A DNA stretch of 64,000 nt from contig CAUYUJ010000001.1 in the NCBI GenBank assembly GCA_963575745.1, positions 558,001 through 622,000 of the forward strand, in the 5' to 3' direction. The notes below the pieces were generated by a model. It saw only the letters and a program-made list of their open reading frames with translations. It had not been told where the DNA came from and ran no database searches. Numbering within the stretch: the first letter of the stretch is position 1; each line of letters starts with the position of its first letter. The position numbers and the translations under genes are program-made. Origin of the DNA: Prorocentrum cordatum. Its lineage: Eukaryota. Below, in pieces: positions 40,621 to 52,699 of this stretch.

Positions 40621-42559
40621 GCCTCACCGCCGACGGCCCCCATCCCCACCAAGGCAATCCTGTCGTTCGATACTTCCTTGTGCTTTACCCCTCGCTGGGG
40701 TTCCACTGGCGGTCTCGCATCGGCGCAGCAAGGCGCGAGCATGTGTTTTCGAGGCGGGATTTTTTGAAATTCCTCGGAGGAGGTGTTTGCAAGACCTCCT
40801 TGGGCGTGATATCTGGGAATGGGAATAACGGGCCCCGCTATAGAACAAGAGTCACCCATTACGTGGATGGTTATCATGATGGTCGCATGCTTCGTGTGGA
40901 AACATCGCACATAAGGGTAAACTGATTGTTGTTGTTGTGGACCGCTCATTCCTGAAGATTGATTATTGTCGATCCCCCCCGCCCAGTGCACAGTATATTT
41001 TTTGATTGAAGTGCCCCTCCCAGGGCTCGCATCCGGTTTTTCATCGCAGACAGTCCTGAGGCTCAAGCTGTGTTGTTGGCCCACGGGTTACAACAACAAC
41101 AACAACAACAATCATTTAAGACTGGGGACACTCCGTTCTCACCAGTGCCAGGGTTTTCATAGGAGGCGGGCAATACCCCCACTTTGTGGGGGGGCCGGTT
41201 CAAGCTCTACCAAGTTTCCAAACGACTCTTCGCCACCACCCACACCCAGCTTCCCGCCCTATGACGTTCGGACACTTCACTTCGTGGCCTGCGGACGACC
41301 TTGGCTACTACACTGGCGCATGGTTACAATGACTTCTTGTGGTAACATCTTGTGGAAACTAGCTTAGTATACGACTTATACCCCTGTTCCAACAATGGGC
41401 ACGTGTACCGTTTTCCGACGTTTTAACGTTTCTGTACCACACAAGCCAAGACCCTTATTTTGACTGGTATCACGTGCGTGGCGCCAGCATACCACAGGAC
41501 TTGTTTCCGTTGTTGTGAGACGATATATGCTCATTCTTGTTCTGTGGTTCTCGTTCCGGCCTCAATGTGCAATACTGGCTCACGGCGGGCTCTTGGGGCC
41601 TCTTGAAGGCCTCCTGGGGCAACCTATGGCGCAACCAGTAGGGGGACGTTTTATTCTCGGCGGCCGAGGGCGCAACCTATGGCGCAACCAATAGGGGGGC
41701 GTTTTATTCTCGGCGGCCGAGGGCGCAACCTATGGCGCAACCGCAAGGGATTATGGCCCCTGGCAGGCGCGCGAACCCCGTTGCAAGAGCGTGCGAAAGT
41801 AGCTCGCGCGAGCTCATGTAACATAAATGTTGGAAAACCATTGGTTTTTTTTAGGATTCGGACAGCGCGCGCGGGTAGAAATTTTGAAAAGTCGTGCAGG
41901 TGTTTTTCGAGGACCTACGGTGCGATTCGTGTGATTTTATGATGCGCGGTGCTAAAATTCTTAAGAAGCCCAATGGTTTTTGGAGATTTCGGCGTGCGCG
42001 CGCGAAGAAAAAACGAATGTGTCCCGCATGGTATTATTTGACAGGGATGATGGCCCTGGCAGGTGCGCAACCGTTGTCGCAGAAGTTCGAAAAAGTTGCT
42101 CGCAAAAGCCCGTTTGACAGAAATGTTTAAAAAGTGTTGGGTTTCCTACGAATCCGCAAGAGCGCGCGGGATGAGATTTTGACATTTTTTTGTTGAAAAA
42201 CCATTGGTTTTTTGATGTTTTTATGTTAAAATCGCTCCGAACACTAAGCTTTTGGAAGGATTTCGTCTTGCGCGCGCGAATGTCCACTTTACCTTATTTT
42301 TTGCAAGGGATTCTTGAAATTTGATTATATTAGAACAAGAAATGTCATTTTATAGTGTTTTTTGCAAGGGAAAACGGATTACAACAAAACAACCGGATCT
42401 GGATCACATCGTTTTACCTGAGGCTTCCTCACGAAAGTGATGAAAATGTAGCTGCGGCCTAGGCGGCGCAGGGGGGGCGCGCACCAGGGGGCCCAACAAT
42501 AATTATTCTTTAGAATAAATAGTGTTCAACAACGACAACAACAACAACAACAACAACTG

Positions 42560-43714
42560 CTCCCGCCTGAGACCTCCTCACAATCTAGCGAGGACCCCCG
42601 CTCCCGCCTGAGACTTCCTCGCATGTTATTCAGGAATCGCGCTCTCGCTTGGGACTTCCTTACAACAAATTATTCATGAATCGCTCCCTCGGCGCTTGGA
42701 GTCAAGCTCTCGCTGGAGACTTGCTTGCAATTTACTTAAGAATAGCGCCCTTGCGTTTGAATTTCCCGCAATTTACTCAAGCGCCGCGCCCCCGACACTC
42801 AGTCGCGCTCACGTTTCGGACTCCCTCAACAATTTTTTTGGAATCGGGATCTCGCTGCCCTTCGTGGCCCCGTAGCAGCCCTTCGTGGCCCCCTCGCTGT
42901 CCTTCGTGGACCCGTTGCAGCCCTTCGTGGCCCCCTCGCTGCCCTTCGTGGCTCCATTGCAGCCCTTCGTGTCTCCTCGATGCCCTTCGTGGCCCCGTTG
43001 CAGCCCTTCGTGGCCCCCTCGCTGCCCTTCGTGGCCCCGTTGCACCCCTTCGTGCCCCCCTCGCTGCCATTCGTGGCCCCGTTGCAGCCCTTCGTAGCCC
43101 CCTCGCTGCCCTTCGTGGCCCCGTTGCAGCCCTTTGTGGCCCCCTCGCTGCCCATCGTGGCCCCGTTGCACCCCTTCGTGCCCCCCTCGCTGCCATTCGT
43201 GGCCCCGTTGCAGCCCGTCGTGGTCCCCTCGCTGCCCTCCGTGGCCCCATGTATTTATGCCCTTCGTGGCCCCCGCTCGTTCGCGCCCGTCGTGGCCCCA
43301 TGTGCATGCCCTTCGTGGCCCCGCTGTCGCCCTTCGTGGCCCCTTTGCTGCCCTTCGTGGCCCCGTTGCTGCCCTCAGTGGCCCCGTCCTTGCCTTCCGC
43401 GGCCCTATGTACGTATGCCCTTCGTGGCCCCCGCTCGTTCGCGCCCGTCGTGGCCCCATGTTCATGCCCTTCGTGGCCCCGCTGTCGCCCTTCGTGCCCC
43501 CTCGCTGTCTTACGTGGTTCAGTTGCTACCCTGAGTGGCCCCGTCGTTGCCTCCGGTGTCCCCGCATTATCTGCCCTTCGTGGCCCCCGCTCTTCCGCGC
43601 TCTTGGTGGCCCCATACGCATTCCCTTCGTGTCCCCGCTGCCGCCCTTCGTGGCCTACTTCGTGCTCTTCTTGGCCCTGCTGTCGTTCTCTCTCTCGCTT
43701 TCGGTTTCGCTCGT

Positions 43715-43746
<32 letters not shown>

Positions 43747-44116
43747 ACGTCGTCGTCGTCGACGTCGTCGTCGTTAACGTCGTCGTCGTCGTCGTCGTCG
43801 TCGTCGTGGTCGGTCCCCTGTCCGTCCCTCTTGGGGATCAGGCTGCCGCCGATCAGCGCTGCCGCTGGCAAGGCCGACGGTACGCGGCCGCCCCGCCGCT
43901 TGCCAGGGCCCGGCCTGCAAGGAAGAAAGGTATACCCCCCAGAAGGGGTACGATCGAAGACGAAGAGGGCGGGTACCGAGGGTTTGGGGATTACGCGTTA
44001 ACGGACACTCAGGCAGATAAGAGCGAACAGTCTTACAATGATTGTTGTTGTGGTTGTTGTTGTTGTTGTTGTCGTTGTCGTTGTCGTTGTCGTTGCCGTT
44101 GTCGTTGTCGTTGTCG

Positions 44117-44153
<37 letters not shown>

Positions 44154-44156
44154 CAT

Positions 44157-44188
<32 letters not shown>

Positions 44189-44228
44189 ATGCTTCTGCTA
44201 TTGTTGTTGTTGTTGCTGCTGCTGCTGC

Positions 44229-44291
<63 letters not shown>

Positions 44292-44375
44292 GTGCGTGTT
44301 TGTGCGTGCGTGTGCGTGTGCGTGTGCGTGTGCGTGTGCGTGTGCGTGTGCGTGTGCGTGTGCGTGCGTGCGTGC

Positions 44376-44415
<40 letters not shown>
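42560..44415 (+). repeat. Second copy of the composite minisatellite repeat, ending in (GTT)n and (GT)n tracts
   Basis: Colinear with 37020-38700. Confidence 0.9.
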
Positions 44416-44418
<3 letters not shown>

Positions 44419-44919
44419 TGTCTCACGGCGCTTTGATGTTTGTCGCGACGTCGGGCGTCGGGGCCGTCCTCTTTGTTTCTCTCCCCCCCCCTCCCTCCCC
44501 GGGGAAAGTATCGACCGGGCGGGTGGAGGGCCAGGGCGCATGCCTCCAGTCCCTCCCCCACGCGGCGCACGTAGGCCCAGCGCCGTCTTGCGCCGTCGCA
44601 GCCCGGCCCTCCCTCCTGCCTGATCCCTCCCTTCTCTCTCTTCCCTGTCGTCCCTGGCTCCCTGGCTCCCTGCTCCCTCCCTCCCTCCTTCCCTCCCCTC
44701 CCTCCCTCCTCCTCCCTGCTCCCTGCTCCCTGCTCCCTGCGCCCTCCCTCCTCCCTGCTCCCTCCCCCTCGTTCCCCTTTCGGTGGCCCCGGGGGCCCGT
44801 GCCCCCCTGGCACCTCCCGCACCCTGCGCGTCGGCGGGCCCGCGATGGGCCCGGCGACGGCAGGCACCCTTCGACAGGAGCCGCCCCCCTCGGCCCCTGA
44901 GTCGTTGGGCTCTCCACTA

Positions 44920-45097
44920 CTCCAGATTTCGTAATAAAAGGGAGGGGGTCTGGACCCTCCAAGACAAGCCATTTCAGACCTCCCCCGTGGGAGAACCATC
45001 GAAAACATCGTCCCCAGACCCCCCAGGCCCTCCAAGATAGCCTGGAAGAGACCCCCCCCGAAATGAGACTCGCCTCCCTTTATTACGAAATCTGGAG
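44920..45097. mobile_element. Tc1/mariner-type MITE (178 bp)
   Basis: About 26-bp TIRs CTCCAGATTTCGTAATAAAAGGGAGG and CCTCCCTTTATTACGAAATCTGGAG, flanked by TA on both sides. Confidence 0.8.
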
Positions 45098-45946
45098 TAC
45101 TTTTGATCAGTGACTGGAGCCTCACCTTTCGAGTCGACTTTCTGTAAGAGTGACCTCTCGCCAGAGTGATCTCTGGTGCGGGCCCAGTGGGCTCCACCGG
45201 TCGCCGATCGCGGAGCGGCAGCAGCGGCTTGCGCGCCGGGGTCTGGCCTCACCACGCGTCCCCCGTGGAGTCGCGCACCAGAGGTCGTTCTTGCCCAGGG
45301 TCGGTGCCTGCGACTCGTTGCTGGCACGCTCGATGCTGCGACCTGCGTCCCCCTCCCCTCCCCTCCCCTCCCCTCCCTCCCCTCCCTCCCCTCCCCTCCT
45401 CCCCTCCTCCTTCGCCTCCTCCCTCTCCTCCCTCCCCGCCCTCTCCTACTCCTTCGCCTCCCCGTCCTCTCCTGCCTGGGCGCGGTGCTCCCCCCGATGG
45501 GGCCCGCGGCAGAGCCTGGCCGCCGCGATCTTGAAGTCGCGTTCCTTCTTGCAGCCCTTCGCGCGCGCACCCGGGGCGGTGTCGCGCCCGACTTCGGCCA
45601 TGCCCGCCGCCTCCGCCTGCCCACCGTCTTCTCCGCCTGCTCCGCCTGCTCCGCCTGCTCCGCCTGCTCCGCCTGCTCCGCCTCCTCCCCGTCCTACATA
45701 TGCTCCTCCCCCCTTCTCCTGCTCTTCCTCCTGCCCCCGTCCTGCCTGCCTCCTCCTGCCCTCCTCCTCCTCAAGCAATTGGGCCCGAGAGGTTTGCAGG
45801 GGAGCAGATCGAACGGGCCCACTGTTGCGCGCGCACCGCGCGTCCGTGCCTGCCCTGCCGCAGGTGGCGAGGCGCGCTCGCGGCTTGAGGGGCGCACCTT
45901 CGAGGTGTGGCGGAAGTCGCAGCAGAACGACGGCTACGAGGCCAAC

Positions 45947-46954
45947 ATGGGAGGAACGCGCCCGCCCTGGAAGGATGGAGGTCGAGCGGCCAGCAGAGCT
46001 CGATCACAGTCACGTTCGAAGAAAGATTACCAGGGCGGGAAGAGGAGGCCGCTTGTGGTGTGTAGCATTTGCTCTCCTGTCGGCAGCAGTTGGATCTATT
46101 GTGATCGTATCGCCGACAAGGCCAAGTGCGCAAAGTGTGGAACGTCGTGGTCAGACATCTCGACAGGGACAGCCCCGCCAGATCCACAGACCCAGGCCTT
46201 CGTCGCCCTCCTCGCAGATCAGTACAAAGTCGCCAAGGACGGCAACAATAAGGAGCAGTTGGATTTGTTGGAGCAAGCGTGCCCTCAGCTACGAGTTCCT
46301 GATCCAGCACCGCCACCAGTGCCCAAGCCCTTTGAGGAGCTGGAAACGGCAGCCCAGGCGCTCCGTATGGTCACGACGGCGGGAGAGAAGTTACGCAAAC
46401 GACTCCAACGCAACGCAGAAGAACAGAAAGACATCCTGGAAAAGCTGGCCGACAACAAAATCGCCGAGAAAGAAGCTCAGCAACAGGTGGACTTGTGTCG
46501 CGAGAAGGCGAACCGAGGACAAGCACCTGCAGCAGCGACCGTTCCCGACGATGCAGCTACCCCAGAGCTCAGCGGTGAAGAACTGGCAGTCCTTGGCGAA
46601 GCAGAAAAGAAAGAGTACGAGGCAGCTAAGGAAGCGGCCGCGGCAGCGCAGAGGACCTTGGAAGCGGCGAAGGGGGCCGCCCAGGCCCGAAAGGAGGCTG
46701 CCGAGAACCTCCGCAAGTTCGCAGACAAGGCTCAAGAGTGCAAGAGGCGCCGTGGCAATGGAGGAGAACCATCAGTTGGAGGTACCCAAGCCAAAGCTGA
46801 AGCCCAAGATGAGCCAGCCGCAGCAGAACATACCAAGCCGTGCGATTTCACGAACCCTGGCGAAGTGGACAGGTACCTGGAGACCACAGTGCGCATTCGT
46901 GAGAGGAGCAAGACGGTTGTGGCGGCCAAAACGGAGTCCAAGACGTGTTCGTAG
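45947..46954 (+). CDS. LINE ORF1 protein (CxxC..CxxC zinc ribbon and coiled coil)
   Basis: First in-element ATG of the 45176-46954 frame; CSIC..W..CAKC; Ala/Glu/Lys heptad-rich region. Confidence 0.75.
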   Translation: MGGTRPPWKDGGRAASRARSQSRSKKDYQGGKRRPLVVCSICSPVGSSWIYCDRIADKAKCAKCGTSWSDISTGTAPPDPQTQAFVALLADQYKVAKDGNNKEQLDLLEQACPQLRVPDPAPPPVPKPFEELETAAQALRMVTTAGEKLRKRLQRNAEEQKDILEKLADNKIAEKEAQQQVDLCREKANRGQAPAAATVPDDAATPELSGEELAVLGEAEKKEYEAAKEAAAAAQRTLEAAKGAAQARKEAAENLRKFADKAQECKRRRGNGGEPSVGGTQAKAEAQDEPAAAEHTKPCDFTNPGEVDRYLETTVRIRERSKTVVAAKTESKTCS

Positions 46955-49900
46955 TATTCGGCGCAAGGTCACGTTCCAGGACCCCATCAGTGATGAGCAG
47001 GACCCGTTTTTGCACGATGACCAACAGTACTCACATGTATTCGTGGCGAACATCTCACAGTACAACGCGTCAGCTCGTGATTTCATTTTGGGTTCGAAGT
47101 ACGATGTGGTGGGCCTTGTGGAACACCACCTTCAGAAGACGAAGGCAGCCAACGAGGCCCAGCGGCGTCAACCAGATGGCTGGCATTCACAGTACACTTG
47201 GACAGCAGCCAAGAAGACGGGGCGATCAGCAGACGGTACTCATGGGGGAGTATGTTGGCTACGTCGCTCTCACCTCCAGACTGCAGTGCACCTGCCCGCC
47301 GTCAAGGGGAGCAGCGCCTTTGAGAAGGAGTTGAATGACATTGCGGTGGTGCACTGGGACTTGATGGGTGGAATTCGCATCGCACTCTTCGTGGTTTACC
47401 TCGACAGCGGACCAGGCCTGACAGGGCCCAATGCAGCAAAGGTGAAGCAGCTGACACAATTGACGGCAAGTATCTCTACACCGTGGATGGCAGTGGGTGA
47501 TTGGAACGTTACCCCAGATGAGTTCATGCAGTCCACGTGGGCGAAGAAGCTCAAAGTGACCCCGGTTTGTCCGAACATCGATGCGACGTGTACGAGTGGC
47601 AGAGGCCGCATGTTAGACTACGTCATTTGCCCACAAATGTTCAGGCCTTTCTTGGGTGGCGTCGCGGCGGTAACAGAGGTACCGTGGAGATCTCATGTTG
47701 GATTGCACATCCGTATCGCCAGGAAGCCAGCCAAGTTGCAGATCTTGTCACCTGTAAGGGCTGAGCAGCACAAAGTACCATACATTACGGTGCACGTCGA
47801 GAAAGGCATCAAGAGGAAGCAGCGTGACCGAGAACAGCATGCAAAGCTTACGGAGCACCTGCCAGAGCTGGACGACATCATCTACGACACAGACCTGTCG
47901 GAAGAACAACAAGCTCTCCAACAAGAACGAGCAGACATCGACAAGCTCCTTGAACCGACGTACTCCAGAGAGGTATCGGCTACGGTCTCGGATGATGCAT
48001 GGCAAGATATTCGAAGGCAGGCAGACCACTGCGATGTATTCAGCCCAGACAAGACCACGGTGGACAGTTTGGCTTTTCAGTTAACAGAAACGAGCAGCGT
48101 GCAGTTGGGCGAGCAGTGCACTCGATGGGCACAGGCTGCAGATCACACCCTGGCCATCTTGTGCGACAAAGAAGACCAAGTTAAAACGGTTCGAGGACGG
48201 CCAGTGAAGTACCGTTTGGCCCCAGCAGCTCCTCGGCGTGAGCAGCGCACTCAGGGGCCAGAACAAGCTCGACATGATCGTTGGGTGGAAATGGGATCTC
48301 TCTTACGGCAATTGGCAGTTTCAAAGAACCTTACTCGACGGCAGCAACTTCGAGGAATGGTACGATCTCAATTGACGCACGTAGAATCATTGGAGTACCC
48401 GCCACTACCACCGTCCAGCCTCAACTGTGTACGCCAAGATGAGAAAGAAGATTCTTGGGCCTTGGATATAATTCGCAAGACAGAGCTGGACACAGGTCAT
48501 CCTTTGTGGAGTGAAGCAGTACTTCAAGAGGCGCAGCGGGCTGAACGACATGGCAAGCGAGCCTGGCAGAAAGCGAAGCAGAGTATCAACCGCTGGGCAG
48601 AGAAGGCCATGGACGGCAACATGAAGGATGCTCATGGATATCTTAAGCGACCTGAATCTCTTTCGCTTCCTGAGCTGTGCATCGACCCCGACAGCAGTGG
48701 AGTTATCGCCAACGTGCAAAGTGCGGTGGAGACGCGAGCCAGACAATGGACAGCAAGATGGACCAATCACGACGAGCACCACGCGACCAAGGCACAGCTG
48801 CAGAAGCTGCGCGCACTGGCTGAAGCAGACCTTCCTGATCGTGAAGCCATCACCTTGGACCAACTGGAAGCAGCTCTCAGGGCTACGCCCAATTCCTCAG
48901 GCCAAGGTTCTGACATGTGGAAAGTGCAGCATCTGAAGGCGTTGGCACCCCAGGCCAAGGGGGAGTTGGCCTTTTTGCTCACCAGATGCGAGCAAAGCCT
49001 TTCATGGCCGCACCAATGGTTGCACATTTGGTATGAACTTCTGCGCAAAGGATCCAACTTGAAAGCTGGAGACGAGAGGCCGATCGGCTCGATACCTTTA
49101 CCAATGCGCCTTTGGGGGCGAATCCGACAACCAACTATGGCAGAGTGGAGCAGCAAGAAGGCAGCCTTTTGGGATGCAGCAGTGGCCCAGTCGTCAGCCC
49201 TCCAGGCAGCTCTCTTCAGCATGGCCATGGACGAAAGCAGTGCTTGGGATGGAACGCAAGCGTGGGGCTCGATCTATTTGGACATCAAGAAGTTCTACGA
49301 TTCGATCAGCATCCCGATCTTGATTGATCGCGCACTTGAAGCTTGAGTTTCCCCCTGTGGAGCTTTACCTCAATTGTCTGGTATACCTCGCTCCGCGATC
49401 GATCAGAGCGGCAGGAGCCTTCGCTCCGCCGATAATCCCTGGGAGCAGCATCGTCCCAGGGTGCAACACTGCAAATAATGGTGCAAGGGCGTTCTTATAC
49501 GAAGTGTTGGAACGAGCTCACAATCAGGTACCCCGAGCACTTCCCAGACAGTACGTGGACGGCGTCACGGCGAGGTCCGACGGCTCGTACAAGCAAGTCA
49601 AGCATGAGTTGACCACTGTGGCGGTCGAATTGGTCAAAGGATGCATTGCGAGCAAGTTGGAGGTGTCTGACAAGTCGGCAATTATGGCACCCCACCCAAG
49701 TATTGAGAAAGCAGTCTCGCGAGCAGTACGGCAACTTGGGGCAGCGGTCAAAGGAGCCTCGTACGTACGTGACCTCGGCATCGACATGGCGAGAGGACGC
49801 ACGATGCGCACCACGACGGCTACAGAGAGACGCACAGCGGCCAGAGCACGAGTACGCCGAGCGCGGGGTTTCAAAGGGGCAGGCAAGCGCAGACGGAAGC

Positions 49901-52372
49901 TGGCCACGCTCAACTTAGTCAATGTCCGTGCCAAGTCATCGCACGACGTCCCTGCAGTAGGCCAGTCTCCAACAGCGGTGCGACGTGCAAGAGCTGAAGC
50001 AGCAGACATGCTCGGCTACACGACAGGCGGCAGGAGTACATCCATGGTGATGTTGTTGCACTACTTCGAGAGGGACCCCAAAGCTGTTGGGCTTCGCCGC
50101 CAAGTCTCAGAATGGATTAAGCTTTGGAAGCGGTGGCCAGACTATCATGATAAACTACGAGGAGGTTGGCATGCAGCAGTACAGCGACTCCAGCGGGCAT
50201 GACCAAGAGGACGTTGAAACGTGGTGACAGGGCCGATGACAGCTCTCGCCCAAGGACTATCAGAACTAGGATGGCAGCTAACTGAGCCAGATACGTGGAC
50301 GGATTCGCAAACAAGTGTATGGACGATGGCCCAGCAACCACACCAGCACATGATGGACGCAAGCCGTGAGGTGCCACCTTCAGTTGGTAGTCAGGACGTT
50401 CAAGGTAGCAGAGTCCACCGACCTCCAGATCGCCAACCACAGCCGGCTGTCACTTTGGCGTTGTTTGAATCATCCTGTAGTGCGGCTTCGTCATGGCGCG
50501 GTGGACTTGGACGCCAACCACAGCCGGCTGTGACCAACATGGATGGCGACCACGACCCCTTCGAAGACATGGAGGACATCACAGTTTGCCAGCAGCTTCT
50601 GGATGGAATGGGTTATTTCACATATAATCACAGAGGAGGAGGACAATTTCCAGCTCCAATGAAAGACAATGACCGTCGGAATGTGCCGCCACATCAGCAG
50701 TCAGACGACATACTTGGAGATGAAGACACCACCCAACTCATGGCGACCATCACGGCGGACGTCATCAAGGAGCTGTGGCAGCAGGCGGCCAGAGATCGCC
50801 ATGGAGGAGACTGGAGTTCTACGCCAAACCTCACGGCAGCCAGCAGAACCCTACAGAGAATGAGACGTACGGAGTCACATCGTGAAGCTGGTGCGCTAGA
50901 AGCAGTTATTTGCAATACCATTTGGACTGAAGATCGTTGCCGTGCTGAAGGCTACGAGTGTGATGGTGTCTGTACCAGGTGCGCGACAGGCCAGAAAGAG
51001 ACGATGGCCCACCGCGTCTGGAGCTGCCCTCACACCTGCGGTCAGGATCACCCTTGGATCCGTCAGAGCGCCAAGTTATGTGATGAAGCAGTCCGAGACA
51101 TTACTAACGGGACCAACCTGGAGCTGTGGCTAAGAGGGCTACTACCATCCACGTGGAACCCCGTACCGCCTCCGCCTTCGTGGGGCACGCCTTGCCTGCC
51201 GTACTACATCGACTGGGACGGGCCGTCCGTCTCGTTCGAGGGCACGGTGAACTTCGAGGACCGCATCGAGTGCAAGCTGGCCTTCCTGGACGGCTCGGCT
51301 TCGAGCAGCGACGCGCGCCTCGCGCGCGCGGGCTGGGGCGTCTACTTTGCCCAGTCCGCTGCCTGTGTGGAAAATGACGACCCCGACACCCCTCGGCCAG
51401 GAGCTTGTGGGGGCTTAGACGGAGCCCAGACGGTCCCGTGTGCGGAGTTGGCGGCCCTTTGGTGGGCTTTGAAAATGACCAAAGGGCCGATTTGGCTCTA
51501 CACGGACAGCCAGATCGTGTATGATGGATGGCACGGTTCTTCGGACACCTCGGGAGAACTCAGAGGCTGGTGGAAGAGGGTCTTCTCTGAAGCTCAAGGT
51601 CGAAGAGTGATGCTCAGTAAGTGTAATTCGCACCTAGATAGAGTTTCGCTAGCCTCCCTGGTCCAGACCCCCTGTGTCTCCCGAGGCAATGACCTTGCCG
51701 ACAAATTCGCCCAACTAGGAGTTGAACAGGTTTCAGCTGAAATTGACCCAGAGGTCAGAGATCTAGCCCATGCTGAATTCAAAGCGTGGTTGGTCCAGAG
51801 GAGGCTGGCTATAGTACATGCGGCGTCTGCTTGTGCCGACTACGAGCGTAAGAGCCGCCCGCGTAAGGATCGCCGTGTGCCCGCTGCCTGGCGCGTAAGG
51901 AAGGCTCTTGAAGCGTCTTCGGGGGCACCTGGTTTCCAAGGTCGGCTCCTCCTGGGTGTGTAGCCACTGCCAGAGTGGCCCAGGGAAGTTTTCTCTTTTG
52001 GACTGGCTTCGCAGTGGCAAATGTCCAGGACCCCAGTACCATAGAGTAGAGTCTCGAGGTAGGCCTGTGCGCCTTCCCCCTCGGTTCAGTATCGGGGGCA
52101 AGGCGGTGCATGAGTCGCACAATGCAGCAATATTGTACGGCCAGATCTTTTGTTGGAGGTGCGGGTGCCTTGGCTCTAAGACCCCCGCGGGCGGAAGGCT
52201 GGGGGCGGGCATTGCCGGCATTTGTAATGGGCACCCCACCCCTGCAGGCCGAGAGGCATTGAATAACATTCGGCGTTGGGAGGTCCCCTCAACGAAGGGT
52301 AAGGCCGTGTGGCCCGATGGCGCCCCCAATGCCCCCAGGCACCCACGGCGCGAAGTGCGCCGCAAGGGTTGA
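46955..52372 (+). pseudogene. LINE ORF2: APE endonuclease, RT, Zn knuckle, RNase H, C-terminal Cys/His fingers; disrupted
   Basis: APE VANIS, LVEHH, VGDWN, LDYVI, SH; RT ERPIG, LDIKKFYDSI, IVPGC, YVDG (YVDD mutated), RDLGID; CTRC..ET..H..WSC; RNase H LDGS, AEL, TDSQ, GNDLAD. Frameshifts near 49345 and 51925; TGA at 50200 and 50216. Confidence 0.9.
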
Positions 52373-52699
52373 GATAACCCCAGCTGCGCCAGCGGCATAT
52401 CGGCGGGATTTGCTGTCTGGTTTGTAATCGTCATCTAATCGTCCTCCTGCCCTCCTCCTCCTCCTCCTCCTCCTCCTCCTCCTCCTCCTCCCCCTCCTCC
52501 TACATCGAGGCTCGGCAGCGCTCTCTGGCACAGCGTGCAGCCCAGCTGCCGCGAGGCTCCCCAGGAGCCGTCGATCCCAAGAGGCTCAGGAAGATCACCC
52601 GATCTTCCCCGCGCAGGGCCCTACTTTGGGCTTCTTGGAAGCGCCGCCTGGTCCTCCAGGGGATCAAAACCACCGATCCCGAGGGCCACCCAGGGGTAG

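Larger units (their letters stand above)
45773..52441 (+). mobile_element. Full-length decayed LINE (APE-RT-CCHC-RNaseH; Ingi/I-group-like) inserted in a (CCT)n tract
   Basis: About 22-bp TSD TCCTCCTGCCCTCCTCCTCCTC at 45751-45772 and 52442-52463, including the non-repeat TGCCC interruption; ORF1 and ORF2 present. Confidence 0.9.

Noticed and set aside
45150..45772. N-terminal extensions of the 1398-aa and 592-aa ORFs
   Set aside because: They lie outside the TSD-defined LINE, in low-complexity flank.
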